From assembly GCA_963750045.1 (NCBI GenBank), contig CAVVPD010000009.1, forward strand, positions 72,089 through 136,088: DNA of 64,000 bases, in the 5' to 3' direction. The DNA is from an uncultured Actinomycetes bacterium (GTDB lineage: Bacteria; Actinomycetota; Acidimicrobiia; IMCC26256; DASPTH01). Positions 53,582 to 63,063 of the stretch are shown here, piece by piece (the first letter of the stretch is position 1; each line of letters opens with the position of its first letter). The notes beneath the pieces are model-generated. The model made no database searches. It had not been told where the DNA came from and worked only from the letters and a program-made list of their open reading frames with translations. A program made the translations under genes and the position numbers.

Positions 53582-55543
53582 CACGGGCGGACAGCCACCA
53601 GCTCGGCCAGCTCGGCGACGATGTCGCTGAGGCGGAAGTCCTTCGGCGTGTAGACCCGCGTCACTCCCGCCTCCAGGAGCTCGGGACGGTCGGCTTCGGG
53701 GATGATCCCGCCCACGACGACGGGCGCGTCGACGCCGTTCGCCCGCAGGAGGCGCACGGTCTCGGGTACGAGCCGGCGGTGCGATCCCGAGAGCACCGAC
53801 AGACCGACCAGGTCGACGTCCTCGTCGCGTGCCGCCGCCGCGATCTGCTCGGGCGTGAGCCGGATGCCCTGGTACACGACCTCCATCCCCGCGTCGCGCG
53901 CTGCCACTGCGATCTGTTCGGCGCCGTTGGAATGCCCGTCGAGGCCGGGCTTGCCCACCAGGATGCGGATGGGGTGGCCGATCTCCCGGGCCCGCGCCTG
54001 CACCCGTTCGCGGGCGTGGGCCATGGCTTCGCCCGCGGGGGCCCGGACGCCGCCGACACCCGTCGGCGCCCGGTACTCCCCGAACACCTCGCGGAGCGCG
54101 CCCGCCCACTCGCCGACCGTGCCGCCAGCACGGGCCAGGTTCACGGTCGCGGGCGTGAGGTTGTCGGTGCCGCGCGCGACGCGCTGCACCTCGGCGATCG
54201 CGCCCGCGACGGCGTCGGCGTCGCGGGCCGCCCGCCACTCGGCCAGCGCGTCCAGCTGCTCGCGCTCAACTTGCTCGTCCACGACGAGGATGCTGCTCTC
54301 GCCGTCGAGGGTGGCGACGAGCGGCGACGGCGCCGACTCGGTGAACGAGTTCACACCGACGACGGTGATGTCACCGGACTCGATGCGTCGCACCCGCTCG
54401 GCGTGGCTCTGCACCAGTCGCTGCTTCATCGCGTCGATCATGGCGAACGCGCCGCCACCCTCGAGCACCCACTGCAGCTCGGCATTCGCCGCGTCGGCCA
54501 ACTCGGCGGTCTTCGCCTCGACGACGTGTGAGCCCGCGAACAGGTCGTCGTACTCGAGGAGGTCGGTCTCGAACGCCAGCACCTGCTGGATGCGCAGCGA
54601 CCACTGCTGGTCCCACGGCCGAGGGAGCCCCAGTGCTTCGTTCCACGCCGGAAGTTGCACCGCGGCGCGCCCGGGCGCCCTTCGAAAGCGTCACGCCGAG
54701 TGTCTCGAGGACGATGCGTTGCACGTTGTTCTCGGGCTGGGCCTCGGTCAAGCCCAGCGAGTTCACCTGCACGCCGTAGCGGAAGCGGCGCAGCTTGTCG
54801 TCGGTCACGCCGTAGCGCTCGGCGGTGATGCGGTCCCAGAGCTGTCCGAACGCCCGCAACTTGCACATCTCCTCGACGAAGCGGATGCCCGCGTTCACGA
54901 AGAAGGAGATGCGCCCGACGACCTCGGGGAAGTCGTCGGCGTCGACCTGTCCCGACGTCCGTACCGCGTCGAGGACGTCGATGGCGGTGGCCAGCGCGTA
55001 CGCGACCTCCTCGACCGGCGTCGCCCCGGCCTCCTGCAGGTGGTAGGAGCAGACGTTGATCGGATTCCATCTCGGCACGTGACGGACCGCGTGGCACACG
55101 AGGTCGACGGTCAGACGGCGCGACGGCTCCGGGCCGAAGATGTAGGTCCCCCGTGACAGGTACTCCTTCACGATGTCGTTCTGGGTCGTACCGGCGAGCG
55201 AGGCGGGGTCGACGCCGCGCTCCTCGGCCAGCGCGAGGTACATGCCGAAGAGCCACATCGCGGTGGCGTTGATCGTCATCGACGTGTTCATCGCATCGAG
55301 GGGGATCCCCTCGAACAACGTCCGCATGGCGCCGACATGGGGGACGGGGACCCCGACCTTGCCGACCTCGCCCCGGGCCAGCGAGTGGTCGGGGTCGTAG
55401 CCGGTCTGGGTGGGCAGGTCGAAGGCCACCGACAGGCCGGTCTGGCCCTTGGCCAGGTTGGACCGGTACAGCTCGTTGGACGCGCGCGCCGAGGAGTGCC
55501 CGGAATACGTCCGCATCAGCCAGGGCTTGTCGTGCACGGTCAC
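53581..55543 (-). pseudogene. ecm: Fused B12-dependent acyl-CoA mutase (MeaA/ethylmalonyl-CoA mutase-like), with one +1 frame break as assembled
   Basis: The catalytic part DKPWLMRTYSGHSSARASNELYRSNLAKGQTGLSVAFDLPTQTGYDPDH... is in ORF 54371..55714 up to ...LSKGARAR. The frame of ORF 53581..54660 continues AVQLPAWNEALGLPRPWDQQWSLR... and ends with a B12-binding domain (ILVGKPGLDGHSNGAEQIA). The junction is about 54660-54672, inside GCGCGCCGCGG. Length is 3n+1. The start is GTG 55543 or 55537. Calling it Ecm rather than another mutase rests on the fused architecture and the ccr/hbd context. Confidence 0.78.
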
Positions 55544-55580
55544 AGTCTCCCTCACGGAGAGGGTCGGACCGAAATGACGG

Positions 55581-56435
55581 TCAGCGCTGGTAGTCGTAGA
55601 ACCCGGCGCCCGACTTCCGGCCCAGGCGTTCCGCGGCGACCATGCGCCGGAGCAACGGGGCCGGGGCGAAGTTCGGGTCACGGAACTCGCCGTAGAGCGC
55701 GTCGAGGATGGCAAGGCTGGTGTCGAGCCCGACGAGGTCGAGCAGCTCGAGCGGCCCCATGGGGAAATTGCACCCGCCCTTCATCGCGGTGTCGATGTCG
55801 TCGCGCGACGCGACCCCCGCATCGAACAGCCGGACCGCGTTGTTCAAGTAGGGGAAGAGCAGGGCGTTCACGACGAAGCCGGCCTGGTCCTTCACCGTGA
55901 CCGCGGTCTTCCCGCACGCGACGACGAACGCGCGGGCTTGGTCGAGCGTCGCGTCCGACGTCGTGATCGCCGGGACCACTTCGACCAGCGACATCGCGGG
56001 CGCCGGGTTGAAGAAGTGGATGCCGCACACGCGGTCGGGCCGCTGCGTCACGACCGCCATGTCGACCACGGGGAGGGTGGACGTGTTCGTGGCCAGGATC
56101 GCCCCCGGCGCGCACACCCGGTCGAGCTCCCGGAAGAGGTCCTGCTTGACCGCGAGGTCTTCGACGATCGACTCGAGCACGAGCTCGCAGGCCGAGAGCT
56201 CTTCGACGGCCGTGACCGCCGAGACGCGACCGCGCACGTCGGTTGCGTCGCCCTCCTCGAGGCGTCCCTTCTTCACCTGGCGCGCGAGCGAGGCGTCGAG
56301 CCCGGTCAGCATCGCGTCGGCGCCGCCCTGCGTACGGCTGCGCAACACGACCTCGAACCCGGACTTCGCCGCGACCTCGGCCACCCCCGAGCCCATGATG
56401 CCCGAGCCCACGACCCCGATCCGCTTGATGCTCAT
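55581..56435 (-). CDS. hbd: 3-hydroxybutyryl-CoA dehydrogenase
   Basis: ATG 56435 (MSIKRIGVVGSGIMGSGVAEV) is in frame with ORF 55581..56795. Contains the Rossmann GxGxxG motif, NTSTLPV, HFFNPAPAMSLVEV and GFVVNALL. Confidence 0.9.
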   Translation of the reverse strand: MSIKRIGVVGSGIMGSGVAEVAAKSGFEVVLRSRTQGGADAMLTGLDASLARQVKKGRLEEGDATDVRGRVSAVTAVEELSACELVLESIVEDLAVKQDLFRELDRVCAPGAILATNTSTLPVVDMAVVTQRPDRVCGIHFFNPAPAMSLVEVVPAITTSDATLDQARAFVVACGKTAVTVKDQAGFVVNALLFPYLNNAVRLFDAGVASRDDIDTAMKGGCNFPMGPLELLDLVGLDTSLAILDALYGEFRDPNFAPAPLLRRMVAAERLGRKSGAGFYDYQR

Positions 56436-56535
56436 GAAGTTCGCCCCCGTCATTCGAGAAGCCATGAGGTTACTGGCTGGTAACTTCCGCGCCGTCACCA
56501 GGGCGCGAACCCAACCGGCAGTAGGCTCCGCCGCC

Positions 56536-57234
56536 ATGAGCCCACGCCGCACCGCCGAGACCTTCGCGCTCGTCGGCGGGGGGGAGTGGCGCCCGGGTGG
56601 GCGCGAGTTCGACGCCGACCTGCTCGCCCGCAGCGGGGCGGACGAGGTCCTCGTCCTCCCCACCGCCGCCGCCTTTGAGCACCCCGAGCGCGTTGGCGTG
56701 CGGGCCGAGACGTACTTCGCCGATCTCGGCGCCAAAGTGCGGACGCTCGATGTCGTCCACCGGACAGAGGCCGAGGACCCCGAGCGCGCGGCCATCGCCC
56801 GCGCCGCGAAGTTCCTCTACCTTGCCGACGGATCGCCGCTGCACCTGCGCTCGGTGCTCAAGGGATCGGCGTTGTTCGAAGCGATCCTCGCCGCGTACCA
56901 CGGCGGGGCGGTACTCGCGGCGTCCGGCGCCGGGGCCACGTTGCTGTGCGACCCGATGGTGGACCCGCGCGGTGGTGCTTACACCGTGGGCCTCGGGGTC
57001 GTGTCGAACCTGGCTGTGTTCCCGTACCACGGCACCGCGGCGACGCATCTGCGCGAGCGCTCGATCGAGCTGCTGCCGAGCGGGGCGGTGCTGGCGGGGA
57101 TCGACGAGGAGACCGCGCTCATCAAGACCGGTGGCACGTGGACCGTCGCGGGTGCGGGTGCGGTGACGATCTACGGGCCGGACGGCTCGGCCCGCTACAC
57201 CGCAGGGACGAGCGTCGAGGGCCTCCCCACGTAG
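56536..57234 (+). CDS. Peptidase S51 / cyanophycinase-like (class I glutamine amidotransferase-like) protein
   Basis: ATG 56536 is in frame with ORF 55897..57234. Contains FALVGGGEW...[12 protein letters not shown]...[10 protein letters not shown]...[12 protein letters not shown], which fits the S51 fold. The function is not defined. Confidence 0.6.
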   Translation: MSPRRTAETFALVGGGEWRPGGREFDADLLARSGADEVLVLPTAAAFEHPERVGVRAETYFADLGAKVRTLDVVHRTEAEDPERAAIARAAKFLYLADGSPLHLRSVLKGSALFEAILAAYHGGAVLAASGAGATLLCDPMVDPRGGAYTVGLGVVSNLAVFPYHGTAATHLRERSIELLPSGAVLAGIDEETALIKTGGTWTVAGAGAVTIYGPDGSARYTAGTSVEGLPT

Positions 57235-57241
57235 TGAGCCG

Positions 57242-58036
57242 TCAGGGAGCGGCCGTCGTGGTCGTGGTGCTGCCCTCGGTGATCTTCACGCTCAGCACGT
57301 AGACCTTCTGCGTGGGGGTGCCGGTCGAGTCGGCGGAGCCGAAGGTGTTGATCTTCTGCGCCACCTTCAACCCGGCCGCATCCATCGTGCCGAGGGCCGA
57401 GTACTTGTAGGGCGGTGCGGAGCCGAGCTGTTGGGCGCCGCTGTCGCTCACCACGAGGAAGAACTGCGAGCCCGTCGTGCCAGACCCGGCGTTGGCCATC
57501 GCGACCGAGCCCGCCTTGTAGCCGTCGGTCGGCGGTTCGTCGGGCAGCGTGTACCCGGGTCCGCCCGACCCGGTGCCGGTCGGATCCCCGCCCTGGTCGA
57601 CGAAGTCGGTGACGATCCGGTGGAACAGGGTCCCGTCGTAGAAGCCCTTCTGCGCGAGGTCCACGAAGCTGTTGACGGTCTGTGGCGCCGCCGTCGGGTC
57701 GAGCGTCATCGTGATGTCGCCACAACTCGTCGACATCACGGCGGTGTAGGTCCTGGCCGGGTCGATCGACATCGCCGGCGCGCCGGCGAGCGTCGAGGTC
57801 GTCGGCTTCGGCGGGACCTTGGTCGAGCAGCCGTTCTTGGTGGTCGATGCCGCCTGGTTGCTGTTGTCGCTCTTGGTGACCTGGAGGACCACGAACAGAA
57901 TGAGGAGGGGCACGAGCAGGAAAGCCAGGTTGCGGGTGGTCCGCATCCGCTTGCGCTTCTTCTCCTCGGCCAGCATGGCCTCGCGGCGCGCCTCGCGGTT
58001 GAGTCGCTGGCGTTCGCGTTTGGAGGCCTTGGGCAC
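57242..58036 (-). CDS. Membrane-anchored peptidyl-prolyl cis-trans isomerase (cyclophilin type)
   Basis: GTG 58036 ([15 protein letters not shown]...) is in frame with ORF 57242..59296. It has a basic N-terminus, one TM helix ([15 protein letters not shown]), then a cyclophilin core ([31 protein letters not shown]...[15 protein letters not shown]). Confidence 0.85.
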   Translation of the reverse strand: MPKASKRERQRLNREARREAMLAEEKKRKRMRTTRNLAFLLVPLLILFVVLQVTKSDNSNQAASTTKNGCSTKVPPKPTTSTLAGAPAMSIDPARTYTAVMSTSCGDITMTLDPTAAPQTVNSFVDLAQKGFYDGTLFHRIVTDFVDQGGDPTGTGSGGPGYTLPDEPPTDGYKAGSVAMANAGSGTTGSQFFLVVSDSGAQQLGSAPPYKYSALGTMDAAGLKVAQKINTFGSADSTGTPTQKVYVLSVKITEGSTTTTTAAP

Positions 58037-58091
58037 GGCGGGCGAGTCTACCGACGCCGAAACCGGACCGAGGATCGGGGGTTCACGCCGG

Positions 58092-58097
58092 TAGAAT
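58092..58097 (+). promoter_or_regulatory. Putative -10 hexamer (TAGAAT) giving a near-leaderless ask transcript
   Basis: TAGAAT ends 8 nt before GTG 58106. There is no Shine-Dalgarno sequence between them. Confidence 0.4.
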
Positions 58098-58105
58098 CGC
58101 CGGTC

Positions 58106-59325
<1,220 letters not shown>

Positions 59326-59329
<4 letters not shown>

Positions 59330-60369
59330 GCGGCCAGTCGTCCGTACGCGTCGGCGTGGTCGGCGCGACCGGTCTCGTGGGCTCCGAGATGTTGCGGCTC
59401 CTGGAGGAGCGAGCGTTCCCGATCTCTGAGCTGCGCGCCTACGCCTCGGCGCGTTCGCTGGGGAGGACGCTCCCGTTCGGGGGCGGCGACGTGGAGTGTC
59501 AGGTGCTGCGCGACGGCTGCTTCGACGGGCTGGATCTCGTCGTGATCGACGTCGACGACCCGCTCGCGCTCGAATGGGCGCCGCGCGCCGTTGCCGCAGG
59601 TGCGCGTGTCGTCGACAACTCGGCCGCGTTCCGCATGGACCCGGAGATCCCGTTGGTGGTGAGCGAGGTCAACCCCGACGACGTGCAGGACCTGCCCAAG
59701 GGCATCGTGTCGTGCCCCAACTGCACGACGATGGTGCTGGTGACGGCCCTCGCGCCGCTCCACCGGGCCGCCGGGATCGAGCGCATGGTCGTGTCGACCT
59801 ACCAGTCGGTGTCGGGCGCCGGTCAGCCGGGCATGCGCGAGCTCGACGAGCAGTGGACGAAGGGCGCCGGCCAGATGGACCGGTACACCCGTGCCGCCAC
59901 CCACCCCGACGCGCTCGCTGCCGGCGACGTGTGGGATCGGCCGATCGCAGGCAACGTCATCCCGCTCGCCGGTTCGGTGAAGGAGGCGGGCTATACGAGC
60001 GAAGAATGGAAGCTCGTCCACGAGAGCCGCAAGATCCTCCATGCGCCCGAGTTGCGGGCCACCGCCACGTGCGTACGGGTGCCCGTCTACGTGGGGCACG
60101 CGATGACGGCCAACGTGCAGTTCGCGGAGGAGCTGAGTAGTGCGCAAGCCGCCGAGTTGCTCGGCGGCGCGCCCGGCGTGCAGCTCGTCGACGGCGGCGA
60201 CGGCCACCCCACCCCGCTCGAAGGCGCAGGGATCGACCCGGTGCTGGTCGGGCGTCTCCGGGAGGACCCGTCGCAACCCCGCACCCTGGACCTCTGGGTC
60301 ACCGGTGACAACCTGCGCAAAGGCGCCGCGCTCAACGCGGTGCAGCTCGCGGAGCTCCTGCTCGCCTGA
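59326..60369 (+). CDS. asd: Aspartate-semialdehyde dehydrogenase
   Basis: GTG 59326 overlaps the ask stop (GTGA). Contains [14 protein letters not shown] and the active-site region IVSCPNCTT, then SVSGAG. Confidence 0.93.
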
Positions 60370-60394
60370 CTACTCCTCGTCACCGAGGTTCACG

Positions 60395-60502
60395 TCAATA
60401 GAGGAAGTCGACGTTGTCCACGACGACGTGCTGTGCGAAGAAGCCTGAGGGTTCGGCGTCGTCGATCCCCGTGTAGATGGTCGGCGATGATGGTCGCCTC
60501 AC
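60395..60502 (-). CDS. Candidate small ORF (35 aa) or gene remnant downstream of the ArsI/CadI-type gene
   Basis: Starts at GTG 60502 and encodes VRRPSSPTIYTGIDDAEPSGFFAQHVVVDNVDFLY. The last 27 codons show about 85% G/C at position 3 but only about 26% at position 2, which is a coding-like signature. No RBS or family was recognised. Confidence 0.3.
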   Translation of the reverse strand: MRRPSSPTIYTGIDDAEPSGFFAQHVVVDNVDFLY

Positions 60503-60506
60503 GCGT

Positions 60507-60968
60507 TCAGCAGCAGCGGCTCGCAGACTCGGGCGCGGCGCCGCAACACCGCGGGTCGTCGGTGGAGTCCGGAGCGACGGTGCGCAACTCACCCGGTGTC
60601 ATCTCGACGTCGGCGAGCACCGTGTAGATCTCCCAGGGTTCGTGATCGGGGCCGTCGACCCAGACCTTGTCCTGTACCGCGTAGCAGCACGCGACCTCGT
60701 CCTCGGTGGCGGTGCCGAGTCCCTGGTCCGCGAGGCGGGCCTGTGCGGCGCCGACATCGACGGTGGACTCGACCTCGACGCCGAGATGGTTGAGGGTGCC
60801 GGGATCACCGCTGCCCTCGATCAGCACCAGCTTCAGCGGCGGCTCGGCGACGGCGAAGTTCGCGTACCCCGGGCGGATCTTGGCCGGTTCGGTCGCGAAC
60901 AGCTTGGAGTAGAACCCGATCGCGTCCTCGAGGTTCGAAACGTTGAGCGCGAGCTGGACCCTGCTCAT
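60507..60968 (-). CDS. ArsI/CadI family VOC (glyoxalase-fold) metal/metalloid resistance protein
   Basis: ATG 60968 is preceded by GGGAGG. The protein starts MSRVQLALNVSNLEDAIGFYSKLFATEPAKIRPGYANFAVAEPPLKLVLIEG and has the vicinal Cys pair ACCYAVQDKVWV and a Cys-rich tail (RCCGAAPESASRCC), as in CadI/ArsI. Confidence 0.82.
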   Translation of the reverse strand: MSRVQLALNVSNLEDAIGFYSKLFATEPAKIRPGYANFAVAEPPLKLVLIEGSGDPGTLNHLGVEVESTVDVGAAQARLADQGLGTATEDEVACCYAVQDKVWVDGPDHEPWEIYTVLADVEMTPGELRTVAPDSTDDPRCCGAAPESASRCC

Positions 60969-61000
60969 GGGTGGCCTCCCGTTTGATATATTGACGATGC

Positions 61001-61012
61001 TCGATGCATCGA
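61001..61012. promoter_or_regulatory. Perfect 12-bp palindrome TCGATGCATCGA inside an AT-rich divergent promoter region (candidate ArsR/SmtB operator)
   Basis: The region 60981..61043 is unusually AT-rich. It contains TCGATGCATCGA, two further ATCGATGA copies (about 61008 and 61025) and outer inverted ATTGAC/GTCAAT arms (60990..60995 and 61036..61041). Confidence 0.45.
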
Positions 61013-61069
61013 TGATGGCAGATGTATCGATGAATGTCAATCAGTTCCCGCGGGCGAGAGGACGTTCTC

Positions 61070-61417
61070 ATGACGCGACGGAGCGTGGTGCTCACGACCG
61101 AGGTCGAGGTCTGCTGCCCGTCGGTGCTCGGCGAGCCGCTGGCGGAAGCCGAGGCCGCGGATCTGGCCCACGTCTTCGCCGCGCTGTCCGATCCCGTGCG
61201 CCTCCGCCTGTTGAGCCTGGTCGCCGACGCCGGCGAGGTCTGCTCGTGCGACCTCCAGGATCCGTTGGGGAAGGCTCAGCCCACGATCTCCCACCACACG
61301 AAGGTGCTGGCCGACGCCGGCCTGATCACCGGTGAGAAGCGGGGCCGCTGGGTCTCGTGGCGCATCGTGCCCGAGCGGCTGGCAGCCGTGCGGGCCGCGC
61401 TGGCGGAGCGTCCGTAG
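61070..61417 (+). CDS. ArsR/SmtB family metal(loid)-sensing transcriptional repressor
   Basis: ATG 61070 is in frame with ORF 61034..61417. Contains FAALSDPVRLRLLSLVA, the sensing Cys pairs EVCCPS and EVCSCDL, and the recognition helix QPTISHHTKVLADAGLI. Confidence 0.88.
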   Translation: MTRRSVVLTTEVEVCCPSVLGEPLAEAEAADLAHVFAALSDPVRLRLLSLVADAGEVCSCDLQDPLGKAQPTISHHTKVLADAGLITGEKRGRWVSWRIVPERLAAVRAALAERP

Positions 61418-61436
61418 CTCGCTATAGTGACTGAGA

Positions 61437-62306
61437 ATGATTCCCAGAACCGCGCGAGGGTGGCTTGCTGGTGTCGTCGCCGCGGCCGTGTTCGTCGGCG
61501 TGTCGGCGGGAACCGCGGTGGCGGTGTCGAAGCGGTCGGTCGTCGCCGCGTTCTACCCCGTGGCGTACGCCGCGGAGCGCGTGGGGGGCACGCGCGTCGA
61601 CGTGACGAACCTCACGCCCGCCGGCGCGGAGCCCCACGACCTCGAGCTCACGCCCGAGCAGATCGATGCGATCCTCGATGCCGACGTGGTGCTTGACCTC
61701 GGGCAGGGCTTCCAGCCCGCGGTGGAGAAGGCCGCCGACCAGCGCGACGGTCCGACGGTGTCGTTGCTGGCGGCTCACACCCGTGACCCACACATCTGGC
61801 TCGACCCGATCCGGATGGAAGGCATCGTGCAGCGGGTGCAGCGAGCGCTCACCAAGGTCGACCCGGAAGGCCGCGCGTTGTACGCGTGGAACGCCCACCG
61901 GTTCATGGCCGAGCTCGACGGGTTGAACGCCCGGTACAAGCAGGGTCTGGCCGCCTGCACGCGCACGGTGATCGTGACCGCGCACGAGGCGTTCGGGTAC
62001 CTGGCGAGTCGTTACGGTCTCCGCCAAGAGGGCGTCGCCGGTCTGTCGCCCGATGCGGAACCCGACGCGCAGCGCCTCGGTCGCCTCGCTGATCTGGTGA
62101 AGCGCCTGGGGGTGACGACGGTGTTCACCGAAGAGCTCGTCTCACCTCGTATCGCCGACACGCTGGCGCGTGAGGCCGGGGTGAAGACGGACACGTTGAA
62201 CCCTCTGGAAGGGCTCACCGACCGCGAGATCTCGCGAGGCGCGAACTACGTCACCGTGATGGACCAGAACCTGGCGAAGCTCCGCCGCGCGCTCGAATGC
62301 ACCTGA
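61437..62306 (+). CDS. Metal ABC transporter substrate-binding protein (ZnuA/TroA cluster A-I family)
   Basis: 289 aa with a signal/TM N-terminus. Contains VVAAFYPVAYAAERVGG, EPHDLELTPEQ, DPHIWLDP and HEAFGYLA, typical of the ZnuA/TroA family. Confidence 0.85.
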   Translation: MIPRTARGWLAGVVAAAVFVGVSAGTAVAVSKRSVVAAFYPVAYAAERVGGTRVDVTNLTPAGAEPHDLELTPEQIDAILDADVVLDLGQGFQPAVEKAADQRDGPTVSLLAAHTRDPHIWLDPIRMEGIVQRVQRALTKVDPEGRALYAWNAHRFMAELDGLNARYKQGLAACTRTVIVTAHEAFGYLASRYGLRQEGVAGLSPDAEPDAQRLGRLADLVKRLGVTTVFTEELVSPRIADTLAREAGVKTDTLNPLEGLTDREISRGANYVTVMDQNLAKLRRALECT

Positions 62307-62422
62307 GCCGGCGGAGTCTCCGCGGACCGTCGGTCCCGAACCGCCGTGGAGGAGGGACGTGGTCGATCTCGTCGAACGGTCTCGAGCGCATCACGTCGCC
62401 GCTGGTATGACGACGGTGTTGG

Positions 62423-62857
62423 TCAGCGTTCGGGCGTGAGCGTCGTGTCCGGCTCCGCGATGCGCCCGGCCATCGTGGCGAGCAAAGCCATCACGAATTC
62501 CACCGACTCTCGGGTCAGCGTCTCGAACTGTTGACGGCCGAGGTACGCGACGGTCACGTGAGTTGCCGCGACGACCGTCGCGGTCCGCCGTGCTCCCGGG
62601 TCCAGGAGCGCGACCTCACCGAGATGATCTCCGGCGTGCAGGCTCGCCAGGACGCGGTCGTCGTGACGGACCTCCACCGTGCCGTCGAGGACGACGAGCA
62701 ACTCGTCGCCCCGCTCGCCCTCACGCACCAGCGGTGTGCCCGCTCCCTCGCGCGGACGTACCGCGAGCTGGCTCACCCGGCGCAACTCGTGGGACGAGAG
62801 CCCGGCGAACAGCGGTACCGAAGCCAACTCGTCCTCGAACGAAACCCGACGCCTCAC
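62423..62857 (-). CDS. Stand-alone cyclic nucleotide-binding (CNB/cNMP) domain protein
   Basis: GTG 62857 overlaps the ferredoxin stop (GTGA). Contains PLFAGLSSHELRRV...REGERGDELLVVLDGTVEV...GDHLGEVALLDPGARRTATVVA, the CNB phosphate-binding-cassette pattern. No output domain is present. Confidence 0.78.
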   Translation of the reverse strand: MRRRVSFEDELASVPLFAGLSSHELRRVSQLAVRPREGAGTPLVREGERGDELLVVLDGTVEVRHDDRVLASLHAGDHLGEVALLDPGARRTATVVAATHVTVAYLGRQQFETLTRESVEFVMALLATMAGRIAEPDTTLTPER

Positions 62858-63063
62858 CGGTCTGCGACCTTGGCAAGGGTGAGCGCGAGCGCGGGACACG
62901 CGACGACGGCCCGACGCGCATGCCCCAGCAACGCGGGCGGGATCGGCCCTGGCTCCACGATCGGGTAGCCCCAGTCGTCGAGGCGGATCCGCTCGGGGAA
63001 CAGCTCAGAGCAGATGCCGTGGCCGTCGCACTTGATGAAGTCCACGTGCAGTTGTTGACTCAT
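62854..63063 (-). CDS. Small ferredoxin (single-cluster type)
   Basis: 69 aa. Starts MSQQLHVDFIKCDGHGICSELFPE, with a distal Cys in VVACPALA. The start overlaps the upstream stop (ATGA). Confidence 0.75.
   Translation of the reverse strand: MSQQLHVDFIKCDGHGICSELFPERIRLDDWGYPIVEPGPIPPALLGHARRAVVACPALALTLAKVADR

Noticed and set aside
60395-60502. The small ORF as a RiPP or mycofactocin-like precursor, because of its C-terminal Tyr
   Set aside because: No radical-SAM maturase, peptidase or mft-type genes are nearby, and the C-terminus (DFLY) does not match the MftA GVY motif. It is kept only as a generic small-ORF candidate.
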